From positions 772 through 64,771 of the forward strand of contig CAVQSS010000025.1 of assembly GCA_963716045.1 (NCBI GenBank): a stretch of 64,000 nucleotides of DNA, given 5' to 3'. Origin of the DNA: an uncultured delta proteobacterium. Its GTDB lineage: Bacteria; Desulfobacterota; RBG-13-43-22. The stretch's first letter is position 1. Each line of letters starts with the position of its first letter. This document shows positions 18,058 through 26,631 of the stretch, piece after piece. Under the pieces are notes generated by a model. It saw nothing but the letters and a program-made list of their open reading frames with translations, was not told where the DNA came from and did no database searches. The position numbers and the translations under genes are program-made.

Positions 18058-19195
18058 AACTAAGTTTTTTGGCCAGCCTCTTGGCCATGGCCACCACGGT
18101 AACCGACGGAGGCAGTCCCCAGGGTTCTGGTATGACCGTGGTGTCCATGCAATAGCAATTCTCTATCGGCGTCGACAGTTTCCGTCCAGGAGGCTGCCGA
18201 TCCGCACCGTCCCGCCGGGATGGGCGGCTATGGTGGTAGTCTTGAATAGTTTTTTCCGGTTAACCCCGGCCTTGACCAGGATTTCTTCGGCCAGGGCCGC
18301 CCCTTGGTCCAGTTTCTTTCGGGTTTCGGAATCGATGGGCTTGGAAAAGGAACCGTCGGGATTGATTTGACCGTCCAGACCGTCCCGCACCTTGATCATG
18401 ATGATCAGCGTCTTGTTGATTCCCGCCACCCTCGGGAGGGAAGCGATTCCTTTCGCGCCTGCGTGGGCCAAAAAACCGGCCAGGATGGTGGGCGAAAGGG
18501 TGAAGTCGGTCATCACGATCCCTTCTTCTTCCAGGTGAGCGCCGGCCGTCATGGGAATGTCGTGAATGGAACCCGGGATATTCGGAGGGTCCGCCGACAA
18601 ACCACAAGGGATCCGCAAAAAATCCTTGTCCGGCTTTATCCAGGCCGGCCCGCTGCAGGATGAAGCGGGTTGGCTTTCCCTCCGCCAGATAAAACAACTG
18701 TCTGGGCATGTATGTTCAACCGCCCTACAGAAGATTCGGCTTCGACCCCCACCGCCTTCCCGCCATCGACCAGCAGGCGGGTTACCCGGGTGTTGGTCAA
18801 TAGCTCCGCCCCCTGTTTCCGGGCCTCTTCCACAAATTCCCGCGCGGTCCACTTGGCCCCTTCCACAGGGCACCCCAGGGAGCACTTGCCGCAATTCGGC
18901 CGGCACTTTTCCGGACGAATCCATTTGTCCAGGGGTTTCCAGTCCAAGCCGGTTGCCACGGCGCCTTCCATTATTTTACGGGCGGCCGTCCCGATCAAAC
19001 GGTCCGGCAGGGGCTGAATGGGGATCTCCCTGAAAATTTCCTCAACTTCCTCGGTCAAGTCGATCCCGTATTTTTCTTTCAACCAGAGGGGAGGCTTAAA
19101 AGCCGTACCGCAGAAGACGACCGATGCTCCCCCCACAGTCTTGGGATGAAAGACCCAGGTGCCTTCTTGAGAAAAGGTGCAGTTTTTTTCATAAA
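18058..19195 (-). pseudogene. GMC-type FAD oxidoreductase pseudogene (5'-truncated, at least 3 frameshifts)
   Basis: Homologous segments lie in three frames:
- GGASVVFCGTAF...CGKCSLGCP...AQTVVLSGGG
- KPTRFILQRAGLDKAGQGFFADPLWFV
- HPGGTVRIGSLLDGNC
- IENCYCMDTTVIPEPWGLPPSVTVVAMAKRLAKKLS*
The N-terminal FAD-binding GxGxxG region is absent. Confidence 0.75.
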
Positions 19196-19450
19196 AATCC
19201 CCTTTAGGTTATTCTAATTAAGGCGATTTCTTGGTCAGCCTGCTGAAATCCCCCCTATATGATTCTGAATAGATCAGGGATTCAGATTTTCCAGGCTTAG
19301 GCGGTAAACCACACCTCCAATACCGCCGTCCTCCAAGCCTGGATCGAGGCAGCGGACATGACGGAAAGGGTGTGAAGTTCTCGATGCTACACGAAATACC
19401 ATGCCAGGGGCGGGCACCCTTGAAGCTTGAAAATCCACTTGGCCAAGTGA

Positions 19451-19515
19451 CTGTCATCTCAAGCGTTTCGTCAGCCTGTCATTCTGAGTGAAACGAAGAA
19501 TCTCGTCCTTCAAGG
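19451..19515. repeat. Family-2 repeat units (GTCAYYCTGAG core)
   Basis: CTGTCATCTCAAGCGTTTCGTCAGC followed by CTGTCATTCTGAGTGAAACGAAGAATCTCGTCCTTCAAGG. Related to the elements at 55131, 58469 and 60188. Confidence 0.7.
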
Positions 19516-19774
19516 AACCTGTTGTCGGTCCCTGACCGTTTTTTCTATTTTGGGAGGGTGGATTAAAAAGGGTTAACCGGCCGACATGGGTCCTTAGACG
19601 CCTGGGTGAAACTTTATTCCAGAAGGAGCGGGAGGAGGAGGTTACTTTCTCAGTTCACGGGACGGGATTAAAATGTTTTTATGTCTTCTATCAAAAATCT
19701 ATTAATAAGTCAAGATAAATTTACACAGGAAAGACATTTTATCCTACAGATTGGGGTTGGCCTGAACGATCCGA

Positions 19775-19862
19775 TCACCGGGGAGTCACGGGCAGGTGCA
19801 GCAGGTAGGCGGTGGGATGTGGGATGGTTTGAGGGTTACTGAAAAGTTCCTGTGATCGGGGG
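19775..19862 (-). pseudogene. Orphan remnant of a secreted-protein C-terminus carrying the AYLLHLPV..R* tail
   Basis: Encodes PRSQELFSNPQTIPHPTAYLLHLPVTPR*. About 80% nt identity over ~45 nt to the 3' end of the beta-helix gene (24335-24380). Lies in the same frame immediately after the TGA stop of gene 19863-20054. Confidence 0.55.
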
Positions 19863-20054
19863 TCAGCGCTGTTCCGCCAAGGAATTGTTCGCCGAAACGG
19901 AACTTCTGATCAATTCGATCTTCCGGGGTAAAAAGGACTTGATATCCTCCCTGGTCTTCTCATAACAGGGGCGACAGATCCCATGGGAGATCTTATCCTC
20001 TCCGGGAACCCGGCTGATCTCCCGATTGCACCAGGAACATATTACGATAAACAT
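19863..20054 (-). CDS. Small zinc-ribbon-like protein (CxxC...CxxC)
   Basis: 63 aa. MFIVICSWCNREISRVPGEDKISHGICRPCYEKT. Confidence 0.5.
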   Translation of the reverse strand: MFIVICSWCNREISRVPGEDKISHGICRPCYEKTREDIKSFLPRKIELIRSSVSANNSLAEQR

Positions 20055-20332
20055 GATACTTGCTCTTTCCCTCCGGGTCTCAATTTAACAGCATATAGGG
20101 GTAAATAAATAAAATCATACTACATATAGCGTTTTTTTACCAGAAAAAAGCAAGATCGATGCCAGCAACACATTTTACTTTAAAAAGGAGTTAACTGCCT
20201 GATCCGCTTAAAGTAAAAACACTATTCGGTTCATCCGGCCCTGATTTTCCCCGGATGGAATGTATGGTTGTTCCTCCAGGGGGTGATGTCAAAATTATGC
20301 TTCTTGGGGAGAAAACGGAAGGATCTACTGTT

Positions 20333-23300
20333 TCAGTGGGCGCGGGGCTGTCGGTAGTACCACTGGAGTTGTCCGGGGCTGCTGTCTTCGTCCACGTTTT
20401 CCTGGTCAACAGTCTTCTTTCCCCGGCCCGGAGGCAGAACCTCTTTCAGTTTCCACTGCCCGTCCAGGCGGCCGAAGGTCCAGTATTCTTCGAAGGGCGT
20501 GACGTATTCCTGTTCACTCAGGGCCTGATCGCCTTTGCGGATGAAACGCTGGGCATGAGCGCTGATCCGCACCGTAAATTCATCCCGGGTGCTGTCCCCG
20601 AAGTTGCGGACCAGGAGCAGTTCCACCTTACGAACGCAGAGGTTGCGGTATTCCACGCGGACGCCCTCACTCTTCCAGTAATTCACCTGGGTTTTCAGAT
20701 CCTCGGCCACCTTTGGGAAAAGCTCGGCGGCGGCGACCCGGGCCGGATCGCCGGTTTCGCGGGCCAGGTAAATATCGAGGAAAACTTGACGAGCCCTTTC
20801 AAGCATCCCGTTTCGATTCCAGAGTTTGTCGGTCTGAGACAAGAAGTTTATCATTCGGTCGATGCGGGTGGCTTTCTGTTCCACCTCTTTTTCCAGCCAG
20901 GGACCCGCCTTCCCTTGGGGGACAGCCTCTTCTCCATAAATACCTTTCAGCGTTTCGTCGGTCAGCATCTCGGCAAAGTTCTCATCCTTAAGGATATCCG
21001 ATTCTCCGGCCTGCTCGATCTCCCGGAGCAGCCAGCGTCCGTTCATCATCTGAAAGGTCCAGAACTCTTGAAAAGGGGCCGGGGTCTGATCCCCCCGAAG
21101 GAATTTTCCCGAGCGGTCGTCCTGATAGTAATCCCGAGCCGAGGCGGTGATTAGGGCGGTGAACTCCCTTTGATCCGCCTTCTCCGCGTAGCGGACATTC
21201 ACCAGGTCGATCCCTGCCACCTTCAGGTCGTCGATTCGGTTGATCTCGTGGTTCCGGGCCAGCCCCTGGAGCTGGGCCGTGTGCTGGGTAAAAAGGTCCG
21301 GCAGCAGTAGTGCCCCCATGGGTCCGTATTCGCGCTTTCCCCAACACTCCTGCAGCTTGAGAAACGTGGCTTCAGCCAGATGGCGCAGCGTTTCCGGGGA
21401 GACGGTGGAGTCCTGCCGGCTCAGGAAAGCCAGCAGTTTTTCGGTCTTCTCCGCCTTGGGGGTGATTTGATTGCGCGGGTAGACGAAATCGAGGTTTTCA
21501 CCTTTCTTCTTGGATATCGAGAATTTGATGGCATGAATTATAATTGGCAATAGGATCATAAAAAAAATAAGAGCAAAACAGAACAGAAAAAATCCCGTCC
21601 AAGTGAGATCTTGGCCGCTGCCCCCGGAGGATGAGCTGGACCCCGAGCTGCGGGACCCGCCCCCCCCTTTGTTATGAGTCACAAACCCGGCGGCCAGAAA
21701 CGTATTCGGCCAGCCGACGGACAGATTGAAGACCGGCTGCGGACGCTCCTCCCAGCGGGTTCTGAGTACCGTGGCCGCCTGGAGGGCGTCGTTTTTCCAG
21801 ACGAGGACCTGCTGTCCGGGATACAGCCTCCCGGCGGGAACGAAGGCTCCGTCGGGGCAACCCACCGGATGATCCACCGTGGCCCGCAGGAGTCCGGCAT
21901 CGGTTTCAACGGTCCGAACTAAAGCCCGCGTGCTGAAGATTTTCGCTATCCGGGTAAATACCATCTTTCCCTGGGGATCTACGGCCTGCACGTGACTCGC
22001 TTTAGAAAGTCGCTCGATGGGGATCAGGCCCTGAAGAGTGCCGATCGGGGTCCCGGACGGCAGGCAGCCGCCCCCCTTGTTGTGGACCACCACGCCTTCG
22101 GCGATGAAAGTATGGGGACCGGCAACCTCGAGATTGAAGACGAGTCCTTCCTTAGGGCCGGAATCCACCCCCCGAACTTTTTGGGCGACCAATCGGCCTT
22201 CTTTCCAGCGGGTGATCCGGTCTCCCGGACGGAGATCCCCGGCCGGGCGGAAACGCCCTTCTCCCAGGCTTATGGGGTGGTCTTCGGTGGCCGGGAGGGA
22301 ACCCCCGGGGGTCTTTATTATCAGCAGGGGGCTTTTATTTATCAGGATGGTTTTCACCAGGCTTCGCACCGTACGCCCTTCCGGGTCAATGGAGAGGACT
22401 TCGTCTCCGGCAGCCAGCGCTTCGATGGGCCGCCGTCCTTTTGGAGTGGCAATCCCGGTTCCGGCCGGGAAGCATCCCCCGCCCTTATTATGGACGGCCA
22501 GGCCGCCGGCGAAAAAGGTATGGGGTTGATCGGTCTGGAGATTATAAACCTGGACCCGTTCCCGGACCCGCTCCAGGGAGACGATCCGCTGTTCAGCCAG
22601 CCACTTCCCGTCAAAAGCCAGAATGGTGTCGCCCGGGGTGAGGGCTTCGACCGTCTTGAAAGTCCCCCGGCCGACATAGAAAGGATGCTCCGCGGTCACC
22701 CGCAGGGTGACCCGATCGGTTCTCATCAGGAAATATTCGTCCGCCTGGAGGCGAAGCACGGACAGGGTGCGGGTGGGTACCAGGTGTCCATCGGGTTTGA
22801 AGGCCCAAAGGGCATCACCCGGCTTCACGGCACTGATGCGCGTTTCCGTGCCGTCCGCTCTAAGGATGGGGCTGTCGGGCAGGAAACAGCCCTTGTTGTG
22901 CAGGACCAGATCCCCGGAGATAAAGGTCCCTCCCGGGCTGACCAAAAGATTGTAAGCCGGGCGCTTTCCCTGAAAACGATGAATCGATTGGACCGCCTCG
23001 GCCTTTAGCGCTCCGGCGCTGAACAGGAAAACCCGGTCCCCCGGAAAAAGGAAACCGGCCTGACGATAGGTTCCGGGGGCCACCATGATCGGATGTTCGG
23101 GGGTAACCCGCACCCGGGTTCCCCCCGCGGATAGCTCCAGGTATTCTTCGGGGACCACCCGGACAACCGCCCGGACTTTCGCTTCCCGGAGTCGGCCGGA
23201 AGCTACAGTCCAGACCGGGTCGTCCACCCCCAGCCTTTCAATGGCCACCGGACCTTTCAGGGTCCTAATCGGAGTGCCCTCTTCCAGGCAGCCGCCCCCG

Positions 23301-23371
23301 CCCCGGGCCCAGGAAAGAGCCGGGCTGAGCAACAGGAGAAACAACCCCGCCAGTCCGATAAGCCGGTTCAT
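20333..23371 (-). CDS. Signal peptide + four tandem Hint (Hedgehog/intein-type) domains + TM helix + two Tim44-like domains
   Basis: 1012 aa.
- Hint modules: nt 22895-23290, 22487-22888, 22079-22474 and 21671-22066.
- Each module starts G-C-(L/F), has T-x-x-H-P (TPEHP/TAEHP/TEDHP/TVDHP) and ends (L/V/T)HN.
- Linkers are K-G(1-3).
- TM helix WTGFFLFCFALIFFMILLPIIIHAI at 21527-21601.
- The C-terminal ~380 aa has two units ending ...F.E.WTF.....W.L.E (Tim44/NTF2-like pattern). Confidence 0.85.
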   Translation of the reverse strand: MNRLIGLAGLFLLLLSPALSWARGGGGCLEEGTPIRTLKGPVAIERLGVDDPVWTVASGRLREAKVRAVVRVVPEEYLELSAGGTRVRVTPEHPIMVAPGTYRQAGFLFPGDRVFLFSAGALKAEAVQSIHRFQGKRPAYNLLVSPGGTFISGDLVLHNKGCFLPDSPILRADGTETRISAVKPGDALWAFKPDGHLVPTRTLSVLRLQADEYFLMRTDRVTLRVTAEHPFYVGRGTFKTVEALTPGDTILAFDGKWLAEQRIVSLERVRERVQVYNLQTDQPHTFFAGGLAVHNKGGGCFPAGTGIATPKGRRPIEALAAGDEVLSIDPEGRTVRSLVKTILINKSPLLIIKTPGGSLPATEDHPISLGEGRFRPAGDLRPGDRITRWKEGRLVAQKVRGVDSGPKEGLVFNLEVAGPHTFIAEGVVVHNKGGGCLPSGTPIGTLQGLIPIERLSKASHVQAVDPQGKMVFTRIAKIFSTRALVRTVETDAGLLRATVDHPVGCPDGAFVPAGRLYPGQQVLVWKNDALQAATVLRTRWEERPQPVFNLSVGWPNTFLAAGFVTHNKGGGGSRSSGSSSSSGGSGQDLTWTGFFLFCFALIFFMILLPIIIHAIKFSISKKKGENLDFVYPRNQITPKAEKTEKLLAFLSRQDSTVSPETLRHLAEATFLKLQECWGKREYGPMGALLLPDLFTQHTAQLQGLARNHEINRIDDLKVAGIDLVNVRYAEKADQREFTALITASARDYYQDDRSGKFLRGDQTPAPFQEFWTFQMMNGRWLLREIEQAGESDILKDENFAEMLTDETLKGIYGEEAVPQGKAGPWLEKEVEQKATRIDRMINFLSQTDKLWNRNGMLERARQVFLDIYLARETGDPARVAAAELFPKVAEDLKTQVNYWKSEGVRVEYRNLCVRKVELLLVRNFGDSTRDEFTVRISAHAQRFIRKGDQALSEQEYVTPFEEYWTFGRLDGQWKLKEVLPPGRGKKTVDQENVDEDSSPGQLQWYYRQPRAH

Positions 23372-23402
23372 AAATGCCTTCGCACCGATTGAATCACCGG
23401 GA

Positions 23403-23672
23403 TCAATGCAAGGCGGCCAGGATCCCGCCCAGTACCGCGGCGGCGATGACGATACTCACCCCCAGGATGGCCGAGCCCACGATACGCCCATAGTATTCCC
23501 CCACCGCGCCATTGCCGCGGACAATTTCCTTCTGTTCGTCGATGTTGGGGGTCAGTCGATCGATGAGCCCCGGGAGAATCAGCGAGGAGGCGATCACCAG
23601 CGCCATCCCGATCACGCCCCCGATTACTGAAAAAACCATTGACCAGCCGATATTCTGCAGCGTTTCAACCAT
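23403..23672 (-). CDS. DUF350 family small membrane protein
   Basis: 89 aa, 3 hydrophobic helices. IVRGNGAVGEYYGRIVGSAILGVSIVIAAAV resembles the DUF350 motif. Confidence 0.65.
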   Translation of the reverse strand: MVETLQNIGWSMVFSVIGGVIGMALVIASSLILPGLIDRLTPNIDEQKEIVRGNGAVGEYYGRIVGSAILGVSIVIAAAVLGGILAALH

Positions 23673-23748
23673 GGCAGTCCCTTTCCTAATCAGCTACCTC
23701 CGGCGATGCCGGAGGCTTGAAATTTACCGCCTGACAACAAAGCCCCCG

Positions 23749-24303
23749 TTAAAACTTCCCTTGAGGAACCACGCGTTCCGCGGCGGCTTCCACCTGAAAA
23801 AAAGGCTCGGCCTGAAAACCGAAAATACTGGCCACGATATTGCTTGGGAACATCTCCACCCGGTTCTTGTAGCGCATGGCGGCGTCGTTATAGTACTGCC
23901 GGGAAAAGCCGATTTTGTTCTCGGTGTTGGAAAGCTCCTCCTGCAGGGCCAGGAAGTTCTGATTGGCCTTGAGGTCCGGGTAGGCCTCGGCCACGGCAAA
24001 AAGGGAACGCAGGGCCGAGGTCAAGACATTTTCGACCTCGGCCCGTTGCGCCACCCCGCCGGTGAAGTCGACGGCCTGCTGCCGGGCCTGGACCACCGCC
24101 TCCAGGGTCTGTCTTTCGTGGCCCGCGTAGCCCTTTACCGTTTCAATCAAGTTGGGGATCAGGTCATAACGCCGCTTGAGCTGGACGTCGATCGAACTCC
24201 AGGCGCTCTTGACCTCGTTCCTTCCCCGGACCAGCGCGTTGTAAGGAGCGATCACCAGGAAACCCAGGACAACCAACAATACCAGGATAACGATAAGAGA
24301 CAT
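23749..24303 (-). CDS. LemA family protein
   Basis: N-terminal TM. YNALVRGRNEVKSAWSSIDVQLKRRYDLIPNLIETVKGYAGHERQTLEAVVQAR is the LemA signature. Confidence 0.9.
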   Translation of the reverse strand: MSLIVILVLLVVLGFLVIAPYNALVRGRNEVKSAWSSIDVQLKRRYDLIPNLIETVKGYAGHERQTLEAVVQARQQAVDFTGGVAQRAEVENVLTSALRSLFAVAEAYPDLKANQNFLALQEELSNTENKIGFSRQYYNDAAMRYKNRVEMFPSNIVASIFGFQAEPFFQVEAAAERVVPQGKF

Positions 24304-24334
24304 CAGGGGCCCTCCTCTTACGTAAAATTACTCT

Positions 24335-26494
24335 TTATCGGAGAATCACGGGCAGATGGAGCAGGTAGGCGGTGGAAGTGAAAACCGCCGAAAATTCCGA
24401 CGTGCCCCGGGCATCGGAGGAGGTGGCCGTCAGGTAGGGGTAAGCCAGGCCGCTTATCTCCAAAACATAATTTCCGGCAGCGTCGGCCACGGTGCCCCCC
24501 ACATAGACTTCCCCTTCCCCGTCGGGGACCCGGCTGTTGAAGATCTGCACCGCGCAGCCGTAGCAGGCCTTCCCTGAAATACGGATGGAACCGAAGGTGG
24601 TGCTTTGGATGACCGGGGCCGGGATGCCGCTGTTGGCCCCGTTGGTCAGGTGGATGCCCAGGCCGCTGTTGGCGTAGATGCGGTTGCGGGTGATCAGGTT
24701 GCCGGTGGCGTTCGGGGTGTCCACCTGCACGCCGTCTCCGCCGTTGAAGGCGATGATGTTGTTGGGGCCGACGAAATTCGATTGGGCCACTGGGCCGAAA
24801 TAGATTCCGTCATCCAGGTTGCCCAAGGGATTCAGCCCCAGATGATCCGTTCCGATATAATTCCCTTTGATCGTGTAAAACCGGCAGATATCGGGCCCGC
24901 CCTCCAGCCATATCCCAACAAATTGATTCCCCGATATAAGGTTGGCCGTACCGGGTGCGTCCCCCCCAATCAGGTTGTTGGCAGCCCGCGGGCCTAGAAA
25001 GAGGCCCGTCTGGTTGCCCACGGCTGTCTTTCCGCCGGCATCGGTCCCGATGTAGTTTCCGGAGATGACGTTATTGGTGACGTCCGCGCCGGTTCCCCAG
25101 ATTATAATGCCTTGGAGGAGATTGCCGGATATGATATTCCTGTGGGCCGGCAGGGCGCCCCCAATGGTGTTGTGGCTGCTGCTGATGTCGATTCCTCTCT
25201 GGTTGGGCAGGGGCGTTACCCCGTCGGCTGCCAGGCCGATGGTATTTCCCCGGATGGTGTTGGTATCGGCAGCGAGGGTGATTCCGACCTGATTTCCAGA
25301 AATGATATTGCCTGACCCCGGGCTGTCCCCTCCGATTACATTGTCGCCGCCGGGCGCCTCCAGGAAAATTCCTGTGTTATGTCCCCGGGCCTCCCGACCT
25401 TCAGGATCTGTGCCGATATAATTGCCGGAAATGAAATTGGAATTGGCTCCATTTGAAATAATACCGATGACGCTATTGCCGGATATTATGTTTCTTTCCC
25501 CCGGGGTCCCCCCTCCAATTACGTTGTGATTGGCCCCGTCCAGGAGGTAAATACCGACATCCTGATTCCCCACGCCTCCCAATCCGGAACCGGTCAGGCC
25601 GATAAAATTCCCCTGGATCAAATTCCTGCTGGTCTCGACCCCCTCCAGGAGAATGCCCAATTGTCCATTTCCCGAGATGAGGTTCCGCTCCGCTTCGGTA
25701 CCACCGCCGATCCTGCTGTGCTGCGCGCCGCCGAAAATGTGAATGCCGTGATTCGTGTTAGCGAGGGAGACCCCGCCGCCGGCATTGACGCCGATATAGT
25801 TCCCGGAAACGGTGTTCGTATCCGTACCGGTTCCGTCGATGCGAATTCCCGACTGGTTGTTCCCGGAAATGATGTTCCTATCGGCGGGGCTCTTCCCGCC
25901 GATAACATTTGCCGAGGCTCCTGAAGCAATGGAAATTCCATTACCACCGTTACCCAGATCGGCATTGCCGGTGGAATCCGTTCCAATGTAATTGCCGGAA
26001 ATGATATTGCCGGTGGCTCCGGCCCCGGTAATGATAATCCCGTGCAGAGCAAAATTGTTGATGATCAGTCCTTTGATCGTATTCCCGGAAGAGGTTATAT
26101 TTAACCCGACACTAACGCCTGCACTAGACCCGTTTATCCTGACCCGCAGCACGGCCGGGGAACCTGCCGTAGCCGGCGAGGCCCCGCTTTGGGTATAGCC
26201 GTCTATGGTGGTGCCGTTGTCTGTTAACGCCGGAAGGGAAGAAGTAGGGGTTATAGTTTTTATAAATAAGGGATCGGGGATATTGAACGTAATCGTATCG
26301 GGTCCGGGGTTATCATTGGCATTGATGATGGCTTGCCGGAGGGAACCTGCCCCGCTGTTGAGGAGGGTTGTTACCACGTAATTAGCCGACCAGGCGTTTG
26401 GGCAATAAGACAGGAAAGAGAAGATTAGACCAGAAAACAGGAAAAACCCAAACGAAGAAGATCGTTCTGCAGCAGAATTTCGGAACCGAAACAT
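24335..26494 (-). CDS. Secreted right-handed parallel beta-helix repeat protein (PbH1/NosD-like)
   Basis: ATG 26494 after GGAGG. Signal peptide present. N-terminal NSGAGSLRQAIINANDNPGPDTITFNI. More than 15 repeats of the ISGNYIGTD..G....GN..GI type. C-terminal ...TSEFSAVFTSTAYLLHLPVILR*. Confidence 0.85.
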   Translation of the reverse strand: MFRFRNSAAERSSSFGFFLFSGLIFSFLSYCPNAWSANYVVTTLLNSGAGSLRQAIINANDNPGPDTITFNIPDPLFIKTITPTSSLPALTDNGTTIDGYTQSGASPATAGSPAVLRVRINGSSAGVSVGLNITSSGNTIKGLIINNFALHGIIITGAGATGNIISGNYIGTDSTGNADLGNGGNGISIASGASANVIGGKSPADRNIISGNNQSGIRIDGTGTDTNTVSGNYIGVNAGGGVSLANTNHGIHIFGGAQHSRIGGGTEAERNLISGNGQLGILLEGVETSRNLIQGNFIGLTGSGLGGVGNQDVGIYLLDGANHNVIGGGTPGERNIISGNSVIGIISNGANSNFISGNYIGTDPEGREARGHNTGIFLEAPGGDNVIGGDSPGSGNIISGNQVGITLAADTNTIRGNTIGLAADGVTPLPNQRGIDISSSHNTIGGALPAHRNIISGNLLQGIIIWGTGADVTNNVISGNYIGTDAGGKTAVGNQTGLFLGPRAANNLIGGDAPGTANLISGNQFVGIWLEGGPDICRFYTIKGNYIGTDHLGLNPLGNLDDGIYFGPVAQSNFVGPNNIIAFNGGDGVQVDTPNATGNLITRNRIYANSGLGIHLTNGANSGIPAPVIQSTTFGSIRISGKACYGCAVQIFNSRVPDGEGEVYVGGTVADAAGNYVLEISGLAYPYLTATSSDARGTSEFSAVFTSTAYLLHLPVILR

Positions 26495-26631
26495 ACGCAC
26501 CTCCGGGAAAAGATGGCTGTTAATCCGCAATAAAACCTCAAAGCAAAGCTTTTTCAGGGAAGGATGGGTGAAATCATATCAGGAAAGGGGATTTTAGGTC
26601 AAAGGTTTCCTTTGATTGCGGCAGTGTCGGA

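Noticed and set aside
19775-20054. TGA read-through (for example selenocysteine) joining the zinc-ribbon ORF to the in-frame AYLLHLPVTPR tail
   Set aside because: No SECIS-like hairpin is evident just downstream of the TGA. A cytoplasmic-looking zinc ribbon has no signal peptide to go with a secretion-type tail. The shared frame has a one-in-three chance expectation.
20333-23371. Interpretation of the four Hint modules as canonical protein-splicing inteins
   Set aside because: There is no host protein to be spliced, only 2-4 residue linkers between modules. The residue following each terminal Asn is Lys rather than Cys, Ser or Thr. No homing-endonuclease insertions are present. Cleavage or transfer chemistry is more plausible than splicing.
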